A DNA stretch of 64,000 bases from Sediminibacterium sp. (GTDB lineage: Bacteria; Bacteroidota; Bacteroidia; Chitinophagales; Chitinophagaceae): NCBI GenBank assembly GCA_044352855.1, contig JBILDC010000012.1:4892-68891 (forward strand), in the 5' to 3' direction. How positions within the stretch are numbered: the stretch's first letter is position 1; each line of letters opens with the position of its first letter. Under the pieces are notes generated by a model that ran no database searches, was not told the DNA's origin, and saw only the letters and a list, made by a program, of their open reading frames with translations. This document shows, in pieces, positions 1 to 8,429 of the stretch. The position numbers and the translations under genes are program-made.

Positions 1-2
1 AG

Positions 3-554
3 AACATTAACGATAATGGCATAACAGCCCCCATTAATTATTTATATAATAGTCTTAATAGCAATAGTTATGAAGCTGGCTTTAGTGGTGGTTTTAGAAT
101 TGATGGTATTTACAATGAAAAACACCGCTATTCATTCAATTTTGGTATTAATAGAATTGCAACAGGTAATAATTATAAGAACTTACATAAGTTAACTCCC
201 TTTATTGATGAATTTACTCATTTTAAAGCAGACAATGTATTTACGACTTTCAATATAGCCGCGCATTATAAAAAATTACTACCTATTGGGGATACGAACA
301 AGTATAAGTTCTATGCTATAATAGGCCCCAGCTTTGATTATAAAATTTCAAGCATTAGTGAAGAGAATTTAATTAATGGTGCTGGCAATAGAGCTATTAT
401 CAATGGAGATTTTGGAGCAGAGTTTGATAATAAGGGCTATTATATTTTATTCGCTCATTATAAATATGGTGTGAATATTAAAAGCTCATCAGTACCCATT
501 CAATTAAACCGTTTTGAAATAGGAATGAGCATTAAAACCAAGGATTTATTCTAA
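3..554 (+). CDS. Outer-membrane beta-barrel (porin/PorT-like family) protein, 5'-truncated by window edge
   Basis: Open frame from nt 3 to TAA 552-554 (NINDNG...YEAGFSGGFRIDG...FEIGMSIKTKDLF*). Alternating aromatic/Gly strands and a C-terminal Phe. Not in the ORF track because the start lies outside the window. Confidence 0.7.
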   Translation, partial: NINDNGITAPINYLYNSLNSNSYEAGFSGGFRIDGIYNEKHRYSFNFGINRIATGNNYKNLHKLTPFIDEFTHFKADNVFTTFNIAAHYKKLLPIGDTNKYKFYAIIGPSFDYKISSISEENLINGAGNRAIINGDFGAEFDNKGYYILFAHYKYGVNIKSSSVPIQLNRFEIGMSIKTKDLF

Positions 555-592
555 AATCTTTAATACAATAAGTACATCAATACTAATAGCCA

Positions 593-1021
593 ATGAAACA
601 AATTTATACCCTACTCATAGCAATAAGTGCATTCACCCTGTTTTCATGCAGTAAAGAAACATCTACCACACAGGTTAATGTCATGAATAATTTACTTACC
701 AATAAAAATTGGTACTTAGATTATAGTATTACAGAAGCCACAAATTCAAGTACACCAGTGGTAGTGAAATCATATGTAGGTCAATCCACCTACTTTATAA
801 CTTATTTAAAAAATGGCGACACCAAGGACTCCGATGGTATCACGGGTACTTATACCGTTGAACTTATCAATGGCCAATCTCAAATACATAAGCAACTAAA
901 AACAGGAAATGGTAACCCCTTTGAAGTTATTTATAATATTATTTCAGTAGGGGAGTCTAATATGGTTTTATCTAAAGTAGTATCGGGACCAAATACTAAA
1001 TTATATTTTACTACCAAATAA
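593..1021 (+). CDS. Hypothetical lipoprotein (lipocalin-like beta fold possible)
   Basis: Signal peptide II with lipobox LFSC followed by SKE; beta-rich mature part. Confidence 0.65.
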   Translation: MKQIYTLLIAISAFTLFSCSKETSTTQVNVMNNLLTNKNWYLDYSITEATNSSTPVVVKSYVGQSTYFITYLKNGDTKDSDGITGTYTVELINGQSQIHKQLKTGNGNPFEVIYNIISVGESNMVLSKVVSGPNTKLYFTTK

Positions 1022-1043
1022 ATAATTAAACAATTAGAGAAAA

Positions 1044-1574
1044 ATGAAAAGAATTATTAAATATATCATACTACCTCTGAGTATTTTATTATTTGTGGTA
1101 GCCTTCCCCCAAAGCTTAAAAGCGCAGCAAATTACTGGGACTTTTATTATGAGCAGTGTAGGTGGTATACAAAATGCTTCCAACAACAGCATGGCAATTG
1201 CTTTTAATAGTAGCGCCACTTGTTTGAATGTACAAAACGGAACAGCTGTTTTAACTGGCGACAGAGGAACGGGCAACTTTGCTATTAACTGCGAGGTGAA
1301 TGCTGTTTTTAATAGTTTAGGTATTAAGCTTTATCCTAATCCAGTGGGAGTCAATACCAAGGTTAAGTTTATGAATGCACCTCCTTTAAACGATCAATTT
1401 TCAATCACAATTTGGAACGCTGAAGGCATTCAAGTGGGAACTATAAAAGCTACAGGATTTGAAATATTTCAAGGCAAACAGCTTGATTTTGCTTCATTGT
1501 CTGTAGGTAGTTATGTGATTCAAATAGAATCAGAAAAATATATAGATGCTATAAAATTTATCAAGGCTAATTAA
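1044..1574 (+). CDS. Small T9SS type A sorting-domain (CTD) protein
   Basis: Sec signal, ~65-aa N-domain with 2 Cys, then KLYPNP...LSVGSYVIQI...IKFIKAN, typical of a T9SS CTD. Confidence 0.8.
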   Translation: MKRIIKYIILPLSILLFVVAFPQSLKAQQITGTFIMSSVGGIQNASNNSMAIAFNSSATCLNVQNGTAVLTGDRGTGNFAINCEVNAVFNSLGIKLYPNPVGVNTKVKFMNAPPLNDQFSITIWNAEGIQVGTIKATGFEIFQGKQLDFASLSVGSYVIQIESEKYIDAIKFIKAN

Positions 1575-1605
1575 TAATTAAAATTTACAATTCATCCATT
1601 TCAAT

Positions 1606-4600
1606 ATGAAGACTCAAAAGATTACTATTATAAAAAAAATTCTAATTGTAGCTCTGCTAAGTATATGTACTAGTCAGTCCTTTGCCCAAAGCAGTAATGG
1701 AATATTTTTCCAAGCCGTGGCTAGAGATAATTTTTCTAATCCAGCCAAGGATAGAAATATCTACGTTCAGTCAACCATTATACAAAACACCACAACGGGT
1801 ACTAAAGTATTAATAGAGATACATAAGTCTAGTACCGACGCCATGGGCGTTTTTAATATTACTATTGGTAATGGACAAAGAACCGGCGGTGCTGCTACCA
1901 GTATTGCTGCCATTGATTGGTCTAAGGGCCCTTTTTATTTAAATTTAAAAATTGCCATTACGCCATTTAGTGCTAGTGATAGTTGGGACTACTCTAAAGA
2001 ATTAGTAGACATGGGTACTACAAGTTTTGGTGCTGTGCCATTTGCATTTTATTCAGCAAGTTCTGCTAAAATAGATGATAAGTTAAATGCTAACGATACT
2101 ACTAAGATGTTGGCAGTATACGCCAAGGCCATGTCGGTAAAAACATTAGAAACATCTTTAGCCACTAAGTTAACTGCAGCCGATACACTTACAATGTTAG
2201 CGCCCTATGCAAAGGCTGCTTACACCATTGATTCAAATTTCTTTAGAACACAACTAGCTACCAAATTATCTATAGCAGATAGTGCTAAGTACGTAACTAC
2301 AACACAGTTAGCGAGCTATAATTTTTCAAGTGGAGGAGGCGGAGTCACTGTGGATACCTCAAATTTGTCAAATAGAATTAATCTAAAAGCGAATGCTACT
2401 GAATTAACTAGTTTGACTTCATCTTTAGGGAATAAAATAAACATTGCTGACAGTACCACAAAATATGTTACTCCTACACAGCTTTCAAGATATAACTTTT
2501 CAAGTGGAGGAACTACTATTACTATTGATACCACAAGTTTGTCTAATAGAATTAACCTAAAGGCAAATGTTTTAGATATGAATTCGGCAATAGCTTCCGA
2601 AGCTGCCGTTGCAAGAACTGCTGAATTAGCACTTTCAAATAATATTGCTTCTAATACAACCAACATAGCAACTAACACAACAGCTATTGGCAGTTTGAAT
2701 ACATCTGTAGCTTCTAATACTTCTAATATAGCTACAAATAATTCTGCTATAGCTGCAGAAGCGACAACAGCTAGAGCTGCTGAATTAACGCTTACAAATA
2801 ATCTAGCTTCAAGCACAGCTAGTATAACTGCAAACACTTCTAGCATAAATAGTTTAAATACCAATATTGCTTCAAATACTATAAGTATCACTTCATTAAG
2901 CTCCTTCGTTTTAGGACAAGTTGCAACTTCTAGTTCTTCAGAATTAACAATTACTAATAATTTAAGTGCTAATACTGCTGCGATTAATTCTTTAAATACC
3001 AATGTTGAAAGTAATACTAAAAGTATAACTGCAAATACAAATGCAATCGCATCTGAAGCAACAACTGCAAGAGCTGCTGAATTAACGCTTACAAACAATG
3101 TAGCATCAAATACCTCAAGTATTACATCTAATACAACTTCTATTAATAATCTAAATACGAATGTAGTATCAAATATTTCAAGTATTAACTCATTAAATAC
3201 AACAATTGCTGCTGCTACAAATAGCAATACTGCAAACACTATTGTAAAAAGAGATGCTAGTGGTAATTTCTCAGCTGGAACAATAAATGCAAGTACTATT
3301 AATACACCTATCTATGCATCTACACCACAAGCATTAACAGATGGTGCAATCATTAGTTGGAATCCAGCAAATGGATTAAATGCAAGTGTAACCTTAGCTG
3401 GAAATAGAACTTTAAGTTTTACTTCTACTCCTGTAGCAGGTTCTTATGGTACCTTAGTAGTAACGCAAGATGCTACAGGTGGTAGAACAATTACATTACC
3501 ATCAACTACCAATAAAGTATTGGGTTCTACATCAGGCACAACCATTGCATTATCTACAACAGCAAATGCTAATGACATTTTAAATTTTTATTACGACGGA
3601 ACAAACTGTTATTGGAATATAGGACAAGGATATGGTAGTGCAGCAACAGCGCCATTAACTTTAACTACAACAGGTACGGGTGCTGCTACTTTATCAGGCA
3701 CTACTTTAAATATTCCATCTGTTTCATCTACTGTAAATGCAGGAAGTATATCTGGAACAATTGCTGTGGCTAATGGAGGAACAGGTGCAAGTACGCAACA
3801 AGCATCTATTAATGCTTTGACGGGAACACAATCTTCAGGTAAATACTTAAGAAGTGATGGAACCAATGCAACATTAACTTCTATTCAAGCTGCAGACATT
3901 CCAACATTAAATCAAAATACAACTGGTAATGCTGCAACAGCTACGCTTGCTACTAATGCTACAACAGCCGGAAATATAACAGCAACTAGTAATGGAACAT
4001 TAATTTCTTTATCAAGTTTAAATACGGTTGGAACTATCACAAGTGGAACAATAAGTGTTACAACTGATATTAAAACAAGTGGCATATTAACGGCAGGAAC
4101 AGTTACCTATCCAAAAATACATGGAACAAGTGGTCAAGTATTAAGTACAACGGGCAGTGGAACTTTAACCTGGACAACTACAGCTGCGCAAGGTGTACCT
4201 TATTCAGGTGCAACAGGAGCAGTGAATTTAGGAGGCTATGATTTAACTGTGAATGGGGTAACGGTGGGTCGAGGTAACTTGAAAATGACCAATAACTATG
4301 CATTTGGGTACGCAGTTCTTTCTGCGAATACAACTGGTAATTATAACAATGCATTTGGTCATCAAGCACTTACCGCGAATACTACTGGTACAGAAAATAA
4401 TGCATTTGGTGAATATGTATTGCCCAAAAATATAGGAGGAAGTCAAAATACTGCTGTGGGATCAAATGCTTTAAAAGAAAATACTACAGGAAACGGTAAT
4501 ACAGGATATGGCCGTCAGGCTTTAATTGCTAATACGACTGGTTCATATAACACGGCTATTGGTCATCAGGCTGATGTTGCTTCCAATAACTTAACGAATG

Positions 4601-5220
4601 CGACAGCTATCGGAAATGGTGCAAGTGTGAGTACAAGTAACACTATACAATTAGGTAATACAAGTGTAACCAATGTAAAAACAAGTGGAACAATAACTGC
4701 CAAAGATGTAACCTATCCAAATGCTCATAATGCAACTGCTGGACAGGTGCTTACAATTAATGCTACTGGAACAGCAAGCTGGGCAACGCCTTCGAGCGGC
4801 GGGACAGGTTCTGGACATTATGTTGGGGAAGTATATGGGGGTGGAATAGTTTTTTATGTAACCACTGGGGGTTATCATGGGTTGATTGCATCTTCAACTG
4901 ATATCATGACAAGTCCTATTACAGCTATTGATAGGGCGACTAGCCCTGATTATCATGGATATACCACCAATGGTGAGAATTTGTATATAGATTGGGAAGC
5001 ACCAACATTTAGTCAATTAAAACTTCTCCGTGCTGCTAGAAATACACCTGGATTAAATTTGAATTTAAGTAGTAATGTATCTTATATAAGTACAACAACC
5101 GATTCTGGGGATACATTTAAATTTACGTGTTTAAGGTTTGTAGATAACGTTATTGAGTATCCTAATGGAAACTGGACTAATGATGGAAGGCTTGTTTTAC
5201 GATCAATTCGTACTTTCTAA
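1606..5220 (+). CDS. 1204-aa exported tail-fibre-like adhesin (FQAVARD N-domain, coiled-coil stalk, NTTG beta-repeats, divergent DUF1566-like C-terminus)
   Basis: Sec signal; GIFFQAVARD domain; IxxN heptads; ALTDGAIISW...YYDGT domain; NTTGxxNTAxGxxAL repeats; C-terminal HYVGEVYGGGIVFYV...DWEAPT...LRSIRTF. Confidence 0.75.
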   Translation: MKTQKITIIKKILIVALLSICTSQSFAQSSNGIFFQAVARDNFSNPAKDRNIYVQSTIIQNTTTGTKVLIEIHKSSTDAMGVFNITIGNGQRTGGAATSIAAIDWSKGPFYLNLKIAITPFSASDSWDYSKELVDMGTTSFGAVPFAFYSASSAKIDDKLNANDTTKMLAVYAKAMSVKTLETSLATKLTAADTLTMLAPYAKAAYTIDSNFFRTQLATKLSIADSAKYVTTTQLASYNFSSGGGGVTVDTSNLSNRINLKANATELTSLTSSLGNKINIADSTTKYVTPTQLSRYNFSSGGTTITIDTTSLSNRINLKANVLDMNSAIASEAAVARTAELALSNNIASNTTNIATNTTAIGSLNTSVASNTSNIATNNSAIAAEATTARAAELTLTNNLASSTASITANTSSINSLNTNIASNTISITSLSSFVLGQVATSSSSELTITNNLSANTAAINSLNTNVESNTKSITANTNAIASEATTARAAELTLTNNVASNTSSITSNTTSINNLNTNVVSNISSINSLNTTIAAATNSNTANTIVKRDASGNFSAGTINASTINTPIYASTPQALTDGAIISWNPANGLNASVTLAGNRTLSFTSTPVAGSYGTLVVTQDATGGRTITLPSTTNKVLGSTSGTTIALSTTANANDILNFYYDGTNCYWNIGQGYGSAATAPLTLTTTGTGAATLSGTTLNIPSVSSTVNAGSISGTIAVANGGTGASTQQASINALTGTQSSGKYLRSDGTNATLTSIQAADIPTLNQNTTGNAATATLATNATTAGNITATSNGTLISLSSLNTVGTITSGTISVTTDIKTSGILTAGTVTYPKIHGTSGQVLSTTGSGTLTWTTTAAQGVPYSGATGAVNLGGYDLTVNGVTVGRGNLKMTNNYAFGYAVLSANTTGNYNNAFGHQALTANTTGTENNAFGEYVLPKNIGGSQNTAVGSNALKENTTGNGNTGYGRQALIANTTGSYNTAIGHQADVASNNLTNATAIGNGASVSTSNTIQLGNTSVTNVKTSGTITAKDVTYPNAHNATAGQVLTINATGTASWATPSSGGTGSGHYVGEVYGGGIVFYVTTGGYHGLIASSTDIMTSPITAIDRATSPDYHGYTTNGENLYIDWEAPTFSQLKLLRAARNTPGLNLNLSSNVSYISTTTDSGDTFKFTCLRFVDNVIEYPNGNWTNDGRLVLRSIRTF

Positions 5221-5228
5221 AAATAAGT

Positions 5229-6017
5229 ATGAAAAACCTGCTCACAATATTATTTCTTCTAGTAACATTTATTTCTAATGCGCAACGCACTATGTTTGGT
5301 GGGCAGAATAATTACGTGGCGCTGGTGGATCCTACTGTAGTAACTACCGGATCTAACCCTGTTACAAATGGGTTGATTTTATATTTAAATGCAAGCTCAT
5401 ATAGTGGTTCTGGAAATACTTGGTCGGATTTAAGTACACAAAATAACAATGCATCGCTGACGGGTAACCCAACATTTTCTTCTAGCCCAAAAAGCTTTAC
5501 ACTTTCCAGTAATAAATATGCCTTAACCTCAAATTTAATTAGTTCATTTTCGTCAGCAACATTTATTGCTTGGGTGAATCCATCTCAGACACAGGTAAAC
5601 TATACTGGCGTAATATTTAGTAGGGGTCCAAATGCTGGGGCAACAGCGCCAGCAACAGGTATGAACTTTTTTAGCAATAATTCAGTTGGTTATTCCTGGA
5701 ATGATAATGGAAATACATGGAGCTGGGATTCAAGACTTCAAGTACCCTTAAATGCTTGGTCTATGATTGTTGTTAGCATTAATTCATCAAGCGCAACTGC
5801 CTATCTATTGAATGCTAGTGGAATCGTATCGTCAATTAATTCAGTTTCCCATCCCACTGTATCTGGATTAAAATTTTATGTAGGTACTGATCCTTTAGAT
5901 TTTAACACAAGGGCCATGGTTGGTAAAATAGCAACAGCGATGGTATATAGTACTGCATTGTCGCTGGAAGATATTACTTCAATATATAACGCACAAAAAG
6001 CTTCATTTGGTTTATAA
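5229..6017 (+). CDS. Exported LamG/ConA-like lectin domain protein
   Basis: Signal peptide, QRTMFGGQNNY, LILYLNASSYSGSGNTWSDLS...AWSMIVV...ALSLEDITSIYNAQKASFGL. Confidence 0.75.
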   Translation: MKNLLTILFLLVTFISNAQRTMFGGQNNYVALVDPTVVTTGSNPVTNGLILYLNASSYSGSGNTWSDLSTQNNNASLTGNPTFSSSPKSFTLSSNKYALTSNLISSFSSATFIAWVNPSQTQVNYTGVIFSRGPNAGATAPATGMNFFSNNSVGYSWNDNGNTWSWDSRLQVPLNAWSMIVVSINSSSATAYLLNASGIVSSINSVSHPTVSGLKFYVGTDPLDFNTRAMVGKIATAMVYSTALSLEDITSIYNAQKASFGL

Positions 6018-6026
6018 AATATATAA

Positions 6027-6836
6027 ATGAAAAAACTCTTTACCATACTATTTCTTCTTTCTGCATTTATTTCAAATGCGCAGCGTACTATGTTTGGTGG
6101 GCAGAATAATTATGTTGCACCGGTGGTTGTTGCTCCACCCGCTTTAGTAACGGCTGGCCTAGTCTTGAATTTAGATGCAGGCAATGCTTCAAGTTATAAT
6201 GGCACTGGAACTACTTGGTTGGATTTATCTGACAAACGAAACAATGGTACTCTAGTAAATACAATTACACATAATACTGCTAATCCTGGTTATTTGATAT
6301 TTAATGCGAATGGGAATGGTATTGCACAAGGAGGAATGAATCCCTATGTGAGTTTGCCTCAATCAACTGATTTTGATTTTGGAACGGGAGATTTTACTTT
6401 AGAAATGTGGGCCTACACAACAACTGCAAATGCTCATCCCGATTTTATTACTATTAATGCAAATGCATCCACGTACGCAGCAATACGAATAGAATATTGG
6501 AATAACAACTTAATTGTTTTCCATTCCTATGATGGCAATAGTCATGTAACTGGAGCTAGTGTTCCATTTACTTTGAATTCATGGCAGCAAATTGTGGTAT
6601 CCAGAATATCTGGGTCAGTTAAACTATATCTAAATAGCGATATAAAATCGACTTATTCATTACCGGGTTCTTTATTAGCGCAACAAGAAACACGTATAGG
6701 TGATTTAAGAGGTTCACTAGGCTATTATAGCTTTTCAGGAAATATCTCTATTGTTAAGATGTTTAAAAATAAGGGGTTGACTGATACGGAGGTGACAAAT
6801 CATTTTAATCTTACCAAATCACGTTTCGGTTTATAA
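6027..6836 (+). CDS. Exported LamG/ConA-like lectin domain protein (paralog of 5229-6017)
   Basis: Same N-terminus QRTMFGGQNNY; LVLNLDAGNASSYNGTGTTWLDLS, DFTLEMW, WQQIVVSR, LTDTEVTNHFNLTKSRFGL. Confidence 0.8.
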   Translation: MKKLFTILFLLSAFISNAQRTMFGGQNNYVAPVVVAPPALVTAGLVLNLDAGNASSYNGTGTTWLDLSDKRNNGTLVNTITHNTANPGYLIFNANGNGIAQGGMNPYVSLPQSTDFDFGTGDFTLEMWAYTTTANAHPDFITINANASTYAAIRIEYWNNNLIVFHSYDGNSHVTGASVPFTLNSWQQIVVSRISGSVKLYLNSDIKSTYSLPGSLLAQQETRIGDLRGSLGYYSFSGNISIVKMFKNKGLTDTEVTNHFNLTKSRFGL

Positions 6837-6853
6837 ACTGTAAAAATATTTTT

Positions 6854-7669
6854 ATGAAAAAATACATCACACCTATTATTATAATATTCTCTCTTGCTGC
6901 CTGCATTCCTCCGGGAAAGCTTAATGAGTCATTAGATGCTAATACTTTACTTACTAAAAAGTACGATACATTAAATAATAAATTAAATGATACTGTGGCT
7001 AGTTTTAGTGCAAGCCTAAGTAATTTAAAAAGCAGTATTAATAATTTAAAAGATAGTGTAAGCTATTACCGTGGTTTAGTATCAACCACTCCTGCACAAA
7101 CGCAGGGAGATATTTTTTTAAATCAAATGCTTGGCTATTCTTTATTAAGTAAGTCGGAATTGGCTAACATTAAAGCCGCTAATACATCAAATAATGCAAA
7201 CAATGCTTGGCTAGAAAGCTTCAAAGCCGACGTAAAGAAATATGCAGTAGCTGATGTCGATATTAAATTAAATAAAGGTTTTGTATTTGTAGATATTCCA
7301 TCTAATATCATGTTTGCTAGTGGAAGTGCTTCACTCAATAAAAAATCAATTCAAATGTTAGGCGAAATTGCAAAATTATTAAATACACAACCTTCAATGA
7401 ATTTTTTAATTGAAGGCCATACCGATAATAAAACCTTTAAAGCTAATAAGACGAATGATAACTGGACGCTTAGTGTAAACCGAGCAGCAGCAGTAGCAAA
7501 AGTTTTACAAACTAAATACAAGATTGATCCAAAAAGAATGATTGCTGCAGGAAGAAGTGAGTATTTGCCTATGGGTGACAATAATACAAAAGCGGGTCGT
7601 TCAAACAACCGTCGTATACGTATTGTGTTAATGCCTTCGATGAAACAAATAATGAATTTGAATAATTAA
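6854..7669 (+). CDS. OmpA/MotB-family lipoprotein with peptidoglycan-binding domain
   Basis: Lipobox LAAC; coiled-coil N-part; MFASGSA, IEGHTDN, NWTLSVNRA, GRSEYLP, NRRIRIV motifs. Confidence 0.9.
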   Translation: MKKYITPIIIIFSLAACIPPGKLNESLDANTLLTKKYDTLNNKLNDTVASFSASLSNLKSSINNLKDSVSYYRGLVSTTPAQTQGDIFLNQMLGYSLLSKSELANIKAANTSNNANNAWLESFKADVKKYAVADVDIKLNKGFVFVDIPSNIMFASGSASLNKKSIQMLGEIAKLLNTQPSMNFLIEGHTDNKTFKANKTNDNWTLSVNRAAAVAKVLQTKYKIDPKRMIAAGRSEYLPMGDNNTKAGRSNNRRIRIVLMPSMKQIMNLNN

Positions 7670-7681
7670 TAAATTATAAAA

Positions 7682-7891
7682 ATGGAAATTACAATGAGTA
7701 TTGATCCCATAAAATTATCTAGCAGAGAAACTGAAGTTTGTAATTTATTATTAACTGGTAGCAGTACAAATAAAATTGCAGAGTTATTAAATATAAAGTG
7801 CAATACTGTATCTACTATAAAGAAATCTATTTTTTATAAAACAAAGACTAATAACTTAATTGAATTGTATGAGGTGTATAAACAAGTTTAG
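7682..7891 (+). CDS. Stand-alone LuxR-type HTH protein (69 aa)
   Basis: LSSRETEVCNLLLTGSSTNKIAELLNIKCNTVSTIKKSIFYK matches the LuxR HTH pattern. Confidence 0.8.
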   Translation: MEITMSIDPIKLSSRETEVCNLLLTGSSTNKIAELLNIKCNTVSTIKKSIFYKTKTNNLIELYEVYKQV

Positions 7892-8387
7892 TATAATTAT
7901 ACTGGCTACATTTTTATTTCCCTCTACAACAAATGCTCAATCACTTAGCCCATTTACTTTTAATAATGGTGGGGGGTATAGTAATACTTTGGACTGGAGT
8001 GTAGGAGAATCTGTATCTATTGCTCATTTTACTAGTTTTGGATATTCTTTAAATACAGGTGTATTACAACCTAGCACCACTATTACAACATCAATTGAAG
8101 AATATGGCCCTGTGGTATTTGGCAATCAAATTATAATGGGCCCCAACCCCACTAGCAAACTACTTCATATTAAAGCAAGCTTTAATGAACTGGGAGAAAT
8201 TTCATTTCAAATGTTTAATAGTAAATCAAACAATGTTTTAAACTATAATGGCGGAACCATTTTTAGTAGATACGAAAAAGACCTTTACTTAGAAAATTTA
8301 CCCTCTGGAGCCTACTATATGAGAGTCAATTTCAAACCTAGTACTGGAAATACTAAAACGGGTATTTATAAAATTATTAAACTATAA
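7869..8387 (+). CDS. Small T9SS type A sorting-domain (CTD) protein
   Basis: ATG 7869 (track uses TTG 7860); Sec signal; GGG...LDWSVGE...GVLQP N-domain; GPNP...LPSGAYYMRV...YKIIKL CTD. Confidence 0.8.
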   Translation: MRCINKFSIIILATFLFPSTTNAQSLSPFTFNNGGGYSNTLDWSVGESVSIAHFTSFGYSLNTGVLQPSTTITTSIEEYGPVVFGNQIIMGPNPTSKLLHIKASFNELGEISFQMFNSKSNNVLNYNGGTIFSRYEKDLYLENLPSGAYYMRVNFKPSTGNTKTGIYKIIKL

Positions 8388-8429
8388 ATAATTCTTAAAT
8401 AATGTCAAATACATTATTATAAACATTTT

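Noticed and set aside
2316-3239. 307-aa minus-strand ORF and other antisense ORFs within fibre genes (e.g. 10720-11217, 11998-12309, 16666-17343)
   Set aside because: Shadow frames of low-complexity repeat-coding + strand genes; no signal, motif or independent start context.
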